Made by a program: the position numbers and the translations under genes. A stretch of 64,000 nucleotides of DNA from Squalus acanthias. Lineage: Eukaryota. Below, one piece after another: positions 26,890 through 38,319 of this stretch. The DNA is taken from the NCBI GenBank assembly GCA_030390025.1, contig CM059432.1, positions 105,278,001 through 105,342,000 of the forward strand, in the 5' to 3' direction. The notes below the pieces were generated by a model. That model was not told the origin of the DNA, made no database searches, and saw only the letters and a list, made by a program, of their open reading frames with translations. Numbering within the stretch: the stretch's first letter is position 1; each line of letters starts with the position of its first letter.

Positions 26890-28350
26890 GCAGAGCTGGT
26901 CCATTATTTTTTGGCCCAGTGACGATAAAGGAACAGCGATATGTCTAAGTCGGGATGGGGTGTGATTTGGAGAAGAAACTGGAGGCGATGATGTTCCCGT
27001 GCACTTGTTGCCCTTTTCCTTCTAGGTGCTGGAGGTCGCGGGTTTGGGAGGTGCTGTCGAAGAAGCCTGGAGGAGCTTCTCCAGTGCATTCTAGGAGGTA
27101 GTACACACTGCAGCCATGGTGTGCTGGTGGTGGAGGGAGTGAATGTTTAAGTTGGTGGATGGGGTGCCAATGAATCAGACTGCTTTGTCCTGGATGGTGT
27201 TGAGCTTCGAGTTCTGTTGCAGCTGCACTCATCCAGGCAAGTGAAGAGTATTCCACCACAATCGTGACTTGTGCCTTGCAAGGTAGTGGAGAAACTTTGG
27301 TGAGTCAGGTGGTGAGTCGCTGGTTAAAAGCAACCCTAGGTTGATGATGGTGGGGGGCATTCGGTGACGGTGATGCCACTGAATGTCATCGGGAGGTGGT
27401 TAAACTCTCTCTTGTTGGAGATACTCATGCGTGGGCACGAATGTTACTTGCTACTCATCACCCAAAGGCTGGATGTTGTCCAGGTCTTGCTGCATGCGGG
27501 CATGGACTGTTTCATTATCTGAGGAATTGTGAATGGAACTGAACACTGTGCAATCATCAGCGAAAAGCCCCACTTTTTGATCTTATGCTGGAGGGAAGGT
27601 CATTGATGAAGCAGCTGAAGGTAGCTGGGCCTAGGATGCTGCGCTGAGGAACTCCTGCAATGATTTTTTTCTCTCCCCTTTATTCAGTCACGGGATGCAA
27701 GACCAGCATTGATTACCTATCCCTAATTGCCCTTAACCGAGTGGCTTGCTAGGCCATTTCAGAGGGCAGTTAAGAGTCAACCACAGTCACATAGGCTAGA
27801 CCGGGTAAGGATGGCAGGTTTCCTTCCCTAAAAAAGGACATTAGTGAACCAGATGGGTTTTTACGACAATCCAGGAGTTACATGGTCACCATTACTGATA
27901 CTAGCTTTTTATTCCAGATTTATTTATTTATTAACTAAATTTAAATTCCTCAGCTGCTGTGGTGCAATTTGAACTCACATCTCCGGATCATTCATCCAGG
28001 CCTCGATTACTAGTCCAGTAACATACCATTATGCTACTGTTCCCGTGATGTCCTGGGGCAGAGATGATTGGTCTCCAACAACCACAACCATCTTCCTTTG
28101 TGCTGGATATGACTAACCACTGGAGAGTTTCCCCCCCCCCACCCCCCCCCACCCCTGATCCCTATGAACTTCAGTTTTACTAGGGCTCTTTGGTGCCACA
28201 CTCTGTCAAATGTCAAGGGCAGTCACTCTCACCTCACCTCTGGAATTCAGCTCTTTTGTTCACATTTGGACCAAGGCTGTAATGGAGGTCTGGAGCAGAG
28301 TGGTCCTAGTGGACCCAAAACTGAGCATTGGGACAAACCACCACCCTGGG
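26890..28350 (-). mobile_element. Degenerate LINE family A with a nested SINE
   Basis: TFDRVWHQRALVKLK and VEYSSLAWMSAA; reverse-complement match to 5270-6710. Confidence 0.85.
27665..28045 (-). mobile_element. tRNA-derived SINE inserted in LINE family A
   Basis: Minus-strand head with A-box-like TAGCATAATGG and B-box-like GAGTTCAAAT, 3' tail shared with LINE A, A-rich end. It interrupts the LINE at ACTCCTGCA(A/G)TGAT with TGAT duplicated. Confidence 0.75.
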
Positions 28351-29719
28351 CATGTCTGTTAGAAGATATGGGCTAGCCATAGCTGCTGACCCCATGGAGA
28401 AACCCTTCAATAGTAGAGGGAAGTCCTAAATATCTGTTTGCTGTTCCTTGTCATCACCTCCACCAGCAAGAAAGGTATGCCCTCAGCTTTGTAATGAAAG
28501 CCTGTGTACAAACAGGTAATGGTTGTGTGGAATACTTTACAATAGTACCTACCAGACGGTGCAAGGCTCCCAACTCAAGTACAGGTAGTGCTCGATAGGT
28601 CCCACAGAAACGGGTGCAAAAAGTGACCAGCACACATCATCTTCCTGCCAATACCAGCACATTTTTTCCTCTTTTGTAGTCAGATATGACTGATCTGGGT
28701 GACTGCACTGACTCAGCTGACCAACAGTAGAAAATGCACCTGTGCTTTTACTGAAGGGTGGCCTTCAAACACTTTCCTGCCGCCACCACCACTCGTTGCT
28801 CTTTAATGGCAAGCTACAGTCCTTTAAAGATCTATTGCTTCATCACATTCTATACTCATTACTACCCCCAATTTCTTGTTTTTAAAGCTAATTATCTATC
28901 CAGCATCGTACTTTTATCCCCAGTCCTTACTGTAACAATTAAGTCCTCATCAAAAGCTTCTTGAAAGTTATAGATCAGTGCAGTTCCCTTTCCACAACAC
29001 CAGAAACATATTTGAAAGACAGATTAACCAACTGATTCTCCTTCCTAACTCTCTAACAGGGTGCTCGTTATATCAATTTATGCTTTCCCAAGCACTTAAG
29101 CTCTGTATCGCAAAATTATTTCATAAGATTTTTTCTGAAGCAGATGTTGAAATTAAAGTTTGAAAGTTTCCGGAATGTCAAATTTAGCTAAAAGTTTAGT
29201 CAAAATCCTGGAATTTCCCAACATTGAGAGAGCACCTTCACCACGTGGACTGCAGTGGTTGAAGAATGTGGCCCACCACCACCTGTTCAGAGCAATAAAT
29301 GCCGGCCTTGCCACCAACGCTCACATCCCGAGAATGGGAAATACTAATTACGAGTTCAATTTCAATACTTCAAGACTCTTGGATGGGCAAATGTTGTGCA
29401 AACCAGAACATCTTGCCTTTACATAACAATATGGTCATTATCTGCATACTGTCTAGTTCCTGCTCTTCTATTCCTGGAAATCGTAGTTCTGACCTAGGTA
29501 ATCTCCCCTCCCCTTCCGAAGTAAAGGCAAATGCACTGGCCCATTATCATTACCAATGGATATACATTAGGGAAAACAATATTACTACTTTAGATTCAGC
29601 AATTTTATGTTCATTGGTTCTTTTCACTTGTTTCCAATACTTCGGTTTGTATCTCTACTTAAACCTCAGCGAGGTCCGTGGCCCTTCGTTTTGTATACTC
29701 TCTTTTCTCTTCAGTTTTT

Positions 29720-30381
29720 GGCCCAGAATTTGCAGTTCCGATGACAGCCTACACACAGCGAATGCTGTCGGTTCGCCTTGACAGATCTATTGCACCGACT
29801 GGAAAATCACTTTCGCTGGCGCAGAGCAGGGCTATTTGCCCAACTGCTGCCCACGAAACCCTTACGCCTGGTAAAAGCTGGCATAGGGCCTTCTTTCACC
29901 AGCATAAGGGTTAATATCAATCTTCAAGTTAAAATGTAAAAATAAAAAATTGTGCACAAACACTTTCAATTACTTTATGCAAATTTTGGCTCGGGTTAAA
30001 ATGTTTAAAATTATTTTTCAAAAACTATTTATTGTATTTGCTTTATTGAAGGGACTTTTAATTAAATTTGAAAATGAGAACACTTATTTTTATTGCAGTT
30101 GTCCAAATTATTTAATTATTTGGGGATTCCTAATATGCTCATGGGGATTCAGTTCGTAAATGGAATCCTCCTTTCTGATTGGACGACCTGGCCCACGTGA
30201 TCCCTGGGACGCTTCCGAGCCACCTGCATCCCTGGGATCTGTGGGCCTTTATGCTGCCGTACGCCTGCGGGCCCAGGACCCGAAATCTCCGCAGCCTGGG
30301 AGCCTGAAGGTAAGTGCGTATGCTTTTAGCGGGTCGGAAGCGTACTCCGGGAGGTACGCCTACGACCGCAATTTTCGGGCC
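29720..30381. mobile_element. Harbinger-type MITE
   Basis: TIRs GGCCCAGAATTTGCAG / CCGCAATTTTCGGGCC; a fragment of the same end occurs at about 364-410. Confidence 0.7.
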
Positions 30382-30629
30382 TATATAGTAGACAGAATCT
30401 TAAAGGACATTTCTATTCAAGATAGTTACCAGTTTCAAAACAGGTGCAAGTTTTTCCCTATTTTCCTAGATTTTAACCAACATTAAAAGGAAAAAAAATC
30501 AAGTTTGTCTGACTTGCACAAGACAGGATAAATTTGATGAAGTAAATGGCTGAACATTTCTTCTCAAATGCTTCATTTTACTCCAATGCGGAAAGATTGA
30601 ACTATACATCAGATTGTAGCTACACTCAC

Positions 30630-30805
30630 CTTCACCGATTCTGTATCTGGCACATGAAGACTCTTTGGAATGTCATTTGATTCCACTATCCTCAAAATCT
30701 TATCAGTTGAATTCAAGACCTCTGGATCGCCAAGTACTTGCAGGCTCACATCTTCAGTACAAACAGCATGATCCACACCGTTCTGGTTAAGACTACAATG
30801 AACAG
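30630..30805 (-). CDS. SAMD12: SAMD12 coding exon 2
   Basis: Translates to (A)VHCSLNQNGVDHAVCTEDVSLQV...TESVK, resembling the SAMD12 N-terminus (ALHCGLNPRGIDH). Acceptor ttttgcag|CT, donor AAG|gtgagt; 176 nt, phase 1 in, phase 0 out, in frame with the exon at 18154-18289. Confidence 0.88.
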
Positions 30806-31230
30806 CTGCAAAATAGAAGTTTAATAATAAGACATAAATAAGCATTTCAACTTGGCTACCATCAGCTGAAAAATAAGCTGTATTTACAGTTAGGCGAAAG
30901 AAAAAAAATACCATGATGGAAGACTCTCTATACTTGCTCCAACATGCATTTAGATCTCAAATGGGTAGTTAGGCAAGCCCTTTCTCTACAGAATAGTAGA
31001 ACATGAAATGTTACGTTACCATTTCTAAATATTAGGATATCCTTGTAGAAGAATGTTGGACTACCACTAATAACAAGGCTAATTTCCACAATCTTGTCTT
31101 CTGACCACAGCTTTACTATGACTGCAACACTTCTTATTTTATGATGTGGAGATGCCGGTGTTTGGACTGGGGTGGACAAATGTGAGAAGTCGCACAACAC
31201 CAGGTTATAGTCCAACAGCTTTATTTGAAA

Positions 31231-31267
31231 TCACAAGCTTTCGGAGCGCTGCTCCTTCGTCAGGTGA
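31231..31267 (-). ncRNA. Minimal type I hammerhead ribozyme
   Basis: TCAC-CTGACGA-AGGAGC-AGC-GCTCC-GAAA-GCTT-GTGA: intact CUGANGA and GAAA core, 5-bp stem II, stem I TCAC/GTGA, palindromic AAGCTT in place of stem III. Confidence 0.8.
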
Positions 31268-31572
31268 AGTGAAGTGATGCATATAGTCACAGCATATATA
31301 GTCAGAGAACACTGCCAGATGATTACCGTTAATCTTTCTAACTGCCCTTTATCACACCTCGGCAGAGAGATAATCACGGCAATCAAAGGTGTGGATGGTG
31401 TCCAAACAGGTCAGTCAGGAAAACATTACATCAAAGACAATGTGGCAGATGCTGGGGTCTGTATGGAAAACAAAACTTTTTTTGCTGGAAATCACAGCAG
31501 GTCCGGCCGCATCTGTGTAGAGAGAACAAGCCAACGACGACTCAAGTCTGGATGACTCTACGTCAGGTGGGG

Positions 31573-34040
31573 TTACATGTAGCGTGACATGAACCCAAGA
31601 TCCCGGTTGAGGCCATCCTCATGGGTGCGGAACTTGGCTATCAGTTTCTGCGTGACGATTTTGCGTTGTCGTGTGTCTCGAAGGCCGCCTTGGAGAACGC
31701 TTACCCGAAGATCGGAGGCTGAATGTCCTTGACTGCTGAAGTGTTCCCCGACTGGGAGGGAACACTCCTGCCTGCCGATTGTTGCGCGGTGTCCGTTCAT
31801 ACGTTGTCGCAGTGTCTGCATGGTCTCGCCGATGTACCATGCTCCGGGGCATCCTTTCCTGCAACGTATGAGGTAGACAACGTTGGCCGAGTCACATGAG
31901 TATGTACCATGTACCTGGTGGGTGGTGTCCTCACATGTGATGATGATATCTGTGTTGATGATCTGGCATGTCTTGCAGAGGTTGCCGTGGCAGGGTTGTG
32001 TGGTGTCGTGGTCGCTGTTCTCCTGAAAGCTGGGTAATCTGCTGCGAACGATGGTCTGTTTGAGGTTTGGCAGCTGTTTGAAGGCGAGTAGTGGGGGCGT
32101 GGGATGGCCTTAGCGAGGTGTTCGTCGTCATCGATGACATGTTGAAGGCTGCGAAGAACATGGCGCAGTTTCTCCGCTCCGGGGAAGTACTGGACGACGT
32201 AGGGTACTCTGTTGGTTGTGTCCCGTGTTTGTCTTCTGGAGGAGGTCTATGCGATTTTTCGCTGTGGCCCGTCGGAACTGTCGATCGACGAGTCAAACGT
32301 CATATCCCGTTCTTATGAGGGAGTCTTTCAGCGTGTGTAGGTGTCCATCGCGTTCCCCCTCGTCTGAGCAGATCCGGTGTATTCGCAGGGCTTGTCCATA
32401 GGGGATGGCTTCTTTAACGTGGTTAGGGTGGAAGCTGGAGAAGTGGAGCATCGTGAGGTTGTCCGTGGGCTTGCGGTAGAGTGAAGTGCTGAGGTGTCTG
32501 TCTTTGATGGAGATTCGTGTGTCCAAGAATGAAACCAATTCTGAGGGGTAGTCCATGGTGAGTTTGATGGTGGGATGGAACTTGTTGATGTTATCGTGTA
32601 GTCTTTTCAGTGATTCTTCGCCGTGGGTCCATAGGAAGAAAATGTCGTCGATGTATCTGGTGTATAGCGTTGGTTGGAGGTCCTGTGCAGCGAAGAAGTC
32701 TTGCTCGAACTTGTGCATGAAGATGTTGGCGTATTGGGGTGCGAATTTGGTCTCCATGGCTGTTCCGTGTGTTTGGGTAAAAAAATGGTTGTCAAAGGTG
32801 AAGACATTGTGGTCAAGGATGAAGCGGATGAGTTGTAGGATGGCGTCTGGAGATTGGCTGTTGTTGGTGTTGAGTACTGCGGCTGTCGCAGCGATGCCGT
32901 CATCGTGGGGGATACTGGTGTAGAGTGCCGAGACGTCCATCGTGGCGAGGAGTGTTCCTGGTTCAACTGGTCCGTGGGTGCTGAGTTTCTGTAAGAAGTC
33001 TGTAGTGTCGCGACAGAAGCTGGGGGTTCCCTGTACGATGGGTTTCAGGATGCCCTCGACATATCCAAAGAGGTTCTCACACAGGGTTCCGTTGCCTGAT
33101 ACGATAGGACGTCCGGGTGTGTTGGCTTTGTGTATCTTTGGGAGGCAGTAGAAGTCTCCCACGTGGGGAGTACGTGGGATGAGAGCGCGTAGGATGCTAT
33201 GAAGGTCTGGATCGAAGGTCTTGATCAGTCTATTGAGTTGGCGGGTGTGTTCTTTGGTCGGATCTGCGGGTAACTGTCTGTAGTGTTCCAGGTTGTCCAG
33301 TTGTCGGTATGCTTCTTTGCAATAGTCCATTCTGTTCTGTATGACGATGGCTCCTCCTTTGTCCGCTGGTTTGATGACGACGTTGCGGTTGGTCTTGAGA
33401 GCGTGGATGGCGTTGCTTTGTGCTCGGGTGACATTCTGGACTGTCTTGAGTGCGGCTGATGAATCTGGCGTTGATGCATCTCCTGACAGCTTGAGCATAC
33501 ATGTCAAGCTTAGGGCAGCGACCCTCCGGAGGGGCCCAATTTGACTCTTTCTTCTTCGGTTGCTGCACTGCGGGTCCCTCTGTCTGCTGTTCCAGATCAT
33601 TGAGTGTCTCATTGGGTTCGCTGCTGACATCTTGGGATTCGTGGAAGAATTCCCGGAGCCTCATTCTCCTGATGAATTCCTCTGTGTCTGCCGCGAGACC
33701 GATGGGGTCCATTTTGGTGGTGGGGCAGAAAATGAGCCCTCGGCTGAGAACTTCGATTTCGTCTGGTTGAAGGGTGTGGTCGGACAAGTGGACGATGGAC
33801 TTCCGTGTGGTTGCAACCATGGGAGGCTTGGCTGCTGCTGGTGGTGATGCTGAGTTTCTCAAGCTTCCTGTTCTTGGTGTGCATGTAGGCAGCGTAGTTC
33901 CGTTGCCTCGTCTGTTTGGCGGTGTCTCGTAGCTGGTCTGCTGTGTCCTGAGCACAGGCTGAGAACATGGACTCTATCTTGGTTTCGAGGTTGCGGCGTC
34001 TGCTGTAGAGCTGGTGTACGAGATGGTTGAGGAGTGTGCA
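31573..34040 (-). pseudogene. Penelope RT/GIY-YIG polyprotein, frameshifted
   Basis: Consecutive ORF pieces 33230-33955, 32293-33630 and 31573-31821 carry Penelope motifs in the expected order. Confidence 0.9.
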
Positions 34041-34171
34041 AGAGGTACGACGGCAGAGTCCACACCTTTGATTGCCGTGATTATCTCTCTGCCGAGGTGT
34101 GATAAAGGGCAGTTAGAAAGATTAACGGTAATCCTCTGGCAGTGTGCTGTGACTATATGCATCACTTCACT

Positions 34172-34208
34172 TCACCTGACGAAGGAGCAGCGCTCCGAAA
34201 GCTTGCGA
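34172..34208 (+). ncRNA. Minimal type I hammerhead ribozyme (inverted pLTR copy)
   Basis: Same motif as 31231-31267 with one stem I mismatch (GCGA instead of GTGA). Confidence 0.7.
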
Positions 34209-34931
34209 TTTCAAATAAAGCTGTTGGACTATAACCTGGTGTTGTGCGACTTCTCATACTTATTTTGTGTTTAAGCAACTTCAGTTGAGGACTATTAAAA
34301 TATTTAAGAAATTATTTAAATGGTCAAGCTATCGCAGCACTTTTTTTTTAAGCATTTTGTGTTAAAGCAAATGTGGGAGAAAAAGGATTAAGATTTCCCT
34401 ATGTATGAACAACAGTTTGAAACGCAGGGCACAGAAGTCAAGAAAAAGGCTCATACTCTGATAAGAGACCAGTTGCCAAGACACCACATATCACAGTAGA
34501 AGATAAACATTTGGCCTATGCACTTACTGTATTATAAACAAAGTTGTAGCGTAAAGGCTGAAAAGATTAGAAGCTACACCTAAAAATGCAGCCTCAGCTA
34601 AACGTGCAAAATACATAATAGGTGGGCACAGAGCAAGGTTGTATTATAGTACAAGAATAGAACCTGACCCCGCTTTTAAAGGCAGAGCGTTCTCAGGAGG
34701 GCCAGGAGCTATGCAGATGCGTGGAGGGCCTGGAGGGCCGGCGCTGGTCGCTCCAGGTCTTGGAAACGGGATGTGTTGTTCTCTTGGGTCGGAGCGCGCT
34801 GAAGGTAGTCGGAGCCTGGGAACCAGACTATCATTTGCTTGTCATTTAATATAAATGGAAAACCGTTACTAGTTAATGTAATAAAGCTGATTATAAAAAC
34901 CACTTGTGCGTGAATCATAAGCAGAGATATT

Positions 34932-35662
34932 GGGCCGAAAATTGATCCCGGGACGCGAGAGTCTCGCGTATTCCCACTCCAATTGCCGGTTTTCTGCATG
35001 CCCTGCGCATGCGCTGAAAACCGGCAATTGCTCTTCTGAAAAGGGGGCGGGTCCTGGGTGCATCGCGTGCGCGCTACAGGCTGCGCGCACGCTGTGCACT
35101 TCATGCTTTGGACGCGCAGGTAAGTAGGGAAGATTTTGGAAATGTAAAAAGGAGGAGTAAGACCCGCTTTTAAGAAGGTAAGTAGTGAATTAAGTATTTT
35201 TTTGAATTTTTTTTTTTACAGGTATATCTTTTTGAGAGACTTTAAAGACAGGTAAGTTTATTTTTATAACTTTTTAAAAGATTTTAAATTTTTTCAAAAA
35301 TTTAATTTTTTATTTAAAATGGTTAATTTAATTAACTATACTTATTTTATTAATGTGATGGGGTTTTTTTTTAATTTAATTGAGGTTTAGCTGTTATTTT
35401 GGGGGGGTGTAAGATTCATAGATTTCACAGGGTGCTGTGAAACTTATGAATGGAAGATGGTGTGCTGCCATTGGCTCTAACTGAGTCACGTGATCCCACA
35501 GCTCGCACGAATTCACTACGCCGCTGGGATACGCAAGCACTGCCCAGCTGATCTCTAGAACATGAAGTTCGTGCGAGCTGGATCTGAAAAAGCACAAGCG
35601 AGGTGAGAGATCGCGGGAAAGCCTTACCCCCGCGGGAACAGAGCGAGATCAATTTCTGGGCC
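34932..35662. mobile_element. Harbinger-type MITE, family M1
   Basis: TIRs GGGCCGAAAATTGATC / GATCAATTTCTGGGCC, TSD ATT/ATT. Confidence 0.88.
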
Positions 35663-36476
35663 ATTGTCGCTGGACTAACAACCCTTTGTTGCGACGGTAA
35701 CCACGGAGGAAATCCGCTAACCGGCACAAACCACAAAAAAACAAATTTCAGCTAGTCCCAAACACAGCCAACTGATGACTAAAATTCTGAAACATCAAGG
35801 CTGTCCTATTCTGGTGATATACATGATCAAATACACAAATATTCCCCTCAATTTTTGTGTGTGGAGGCAGAGTGTAAGCTTTGCTAATGTCTTGCTATTC
35901 TTCATACACAAGTGCTCAAAATAAGATCGATCAAATCATAAACGAGAACCCTGAAACAGATGCATGCATGTCAGCTGCGGTTACTCAATTACAGTAATAC
36001 TTTTACATACCTGCACAACTAAACAAACTCAATTTGTCCAATACAACTGCAAACTAGAGAAATATATTACCTACGTAGAGGCAGGTTGTGAAGCCAAATA
36101 TTTTAGGCTACTTATACTATTACAGACAGCTTAACAGAAGTGCTTGGAAGGATAATCAAAGATAAAGACAGCTAGTGTCCAACTAGCAGTTTTATCAAAG
36201 CTGTAGTTTGAGTTCAGATGTATGCCACTTTTTGATAAGTGGAAATCCATTTCAAGACATTTTGAATTGAATGCATTACTGCCACAGAGTGGCAAGATAA
36301 GGATTTGCACTCAATTCCTACTCTGATCTCAGAAGTAATTATACATTCAGAAAGAGAAAAGAAATGGTACTCCGCTGTTATGTAGGACAGCAAGATTCCC
36401 AGATTGAAGCAAATAGACAGAACAAAAAATTACTACAAAGCCCCAAATCTGAAGCTCCTCCGCCAAAATCTAATAG

Positions 36477-38160
36477 GTCTCAGCCTTGATCAGTGATAGC
36501 ACTCTCACCCAAATCAGAAGGTTGTGCGTTCAAGCTCCATTCCAGAGACTTGGAAACGTAATCTGCGTGATACTTCAGTAGAGTACTGAGGGAGTGTTGC
36601 ACTGTTCGAGATGCCAGCTTTTGGATGAGACGTTAAATAGAGGCCCCATCTTACTTTTCCTTTCAGGTGGGTGTAAAATATCCCAAAGCACTATTTGAAG
36701 AGCAGGAGAGTTCTCTCTGTCTTGGCTAACAATTATCCCTCAACCAACATCACTAATAAACAGATTTATGAAAGAGAAATTATGTTTGACAAATCTGAAT
36801 TTTTTTTTGAGATTGTAACTAGCATGGTAGATAAGGGGGAACCAGTGGATGTAGTGCATTTGAATTTTCAAAAAGCATTCGATAAGGTGCCACACAAGAG
36901 GTTATTACACAAGATTAGGGCTCATGGGATTGGGGGTAAACAACATGGATTGAGGATTGGTTAACAAAGAGTAGGAATCAATGGGTCATTTTCAGGTTGG
37001 CAGGCTGTAACTAGTAGGGTACCGCAAGGATCAGTGCTTGGGCCTCAGCTATTCACAATCTACATCAATGATTTGGATGAGGGGACCAAATGTAATATAT
37101 CCAAGTTTGCTGAGAATACAAAGCTGGGTGGGAATGTAAATTGTGAGGAGGATGCAAGGAGGCTTCAAGGGGATACAGACAGGCTAAGTGAGTGGGCAAG
37201 AACATGGCAGATGGAACATAATGTGGAGAAACGTAAAGTTATCCACTTTGGTAGGAAAAATAGAAAAGCAGAATATTTTTTAAATGGCAAGAGAATGGGA
37301 AATGTTGGTACTCAGAGGGACCTGGTGTACTTGTACACAAATCACAGAAAGTTAACATGCAGGTACAGTAAGCAATTAGGAAGGCAAATGGTTCGTCAGC
37401 CTTTGTTACAAAGGGATTGGAGTACAAGAGTAAAGAAGTCTTACTACAATTATATAAGGCCTTGGTGAGACCACACTTGGAGTACTGTGTACAGTTTTGG
37501 TCTCCTTATCCAAGGAAGGATACACTTGCCTTGGAGGGAGTGCAACAAAGGTTCACTAGACTGATTCCTGGGATGTGGAGGGATTGTCCTATGAGGAGAG
37601 ATTGAGTAGACTAGGCCTATATTCCCTAGAATTTAGAAGAATGAGAGGTGATCTCATTGAAACATAAAATTCTTAAAAGGGCTAGACAGGGTTGATGCTG
37701 GAACAATGTTTTCCCTGGCTGGGAGTCTAGAGCTAGGGATCATCGTCTCAGAATAAGTGGTCGGCCATTTAGGACTGAGATGAGGAGAAATTTCTTCACT
37801 CAGGAGGGTGGTGAATCTTTGGAATTCTCTACCCGAAAGGGTTGTGGATGCTCAGTCGTTGAATATATTCAAGACAGAGATCAATACATTATTGGATACC
37901 AAGGGATATGGGGATAGTGCAGGAAAGTGGAGTTGAGGTAGAAGATCAGCCATTATCTTATTGAATGGCAGAGCAGGCTCGAAGGGCCTACTCCTGCTCG
38001 TATTTCTTATGTTCTTAAAACAGATTATCTGGACATTTCTCTCATCCTACTGGTGGGATTGGCTGCCGAGTTTCCCTACATTACAATGATGATTTTACTT
38101 CAAAAAGTAATTCAATGGTTGTGTAGCGCTTTAGGACATCCTGAGGATGTGAAAGACAGA
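36477..38160 (+). mobile_element. Deu-domain SINE (SacSINE1/AmnSINE1-like) split by a CR1 insertion
   Basis: tRNA-like head (GTTCAAG B box) and TCAGGTGGGTGTAAAATATCCC..GCACTATTTGAAGAGCAGG Deu-like core; the SINE resumes at 38018 after the CR1. Confidence 0.7.
36767..38017 (+). mobile_element. 5'-truncated CR1/HER1 LINE
   Basis: [46 protein letters not shown] tail; TSD AAACAGATT at 36758-36766 and 38018-38026. Confidence 0.92.
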
Positions 38161-38319
38161 TAAATTCTAATAATCTAAAATACAGCACAGCTAACATGGT
38201 GTCTAATGTATGTTCTTCAAAACATTTAATAGCAGGCTCAGATGAGTGTCAGGGAAATTGTGAAGGGGTGGAAACCTGAAGCAAAGTTGATGAAAATGCA
38301 AAATTCGAACTGAAAAACC

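Larger units (their letters stand above)
31141..34258 (-). mobile_element. Penelope-like retroelement (family P), 5'-truncated, with inverted pseudo-LTR
   Basis: RT (KPADKGG, GRPIVS, MDVSALYTSIP, YTRYIDDIF) and GIY-YIG end (LRQRMNGHR..VGEHF..GLNRD). About 200-bp inverted repeat at 31183-31395 and 34059-34256; TSD CTTATTTT at 31133-31140 and 34259-34266. Confidence 0.95.

Noticed and set aside
27940..28045. tRNA gene
   Set aside because: A/B-box-like motifs are present but there is no cloverleaf; it is the head of a SINE. The same applies to 36477-36545.
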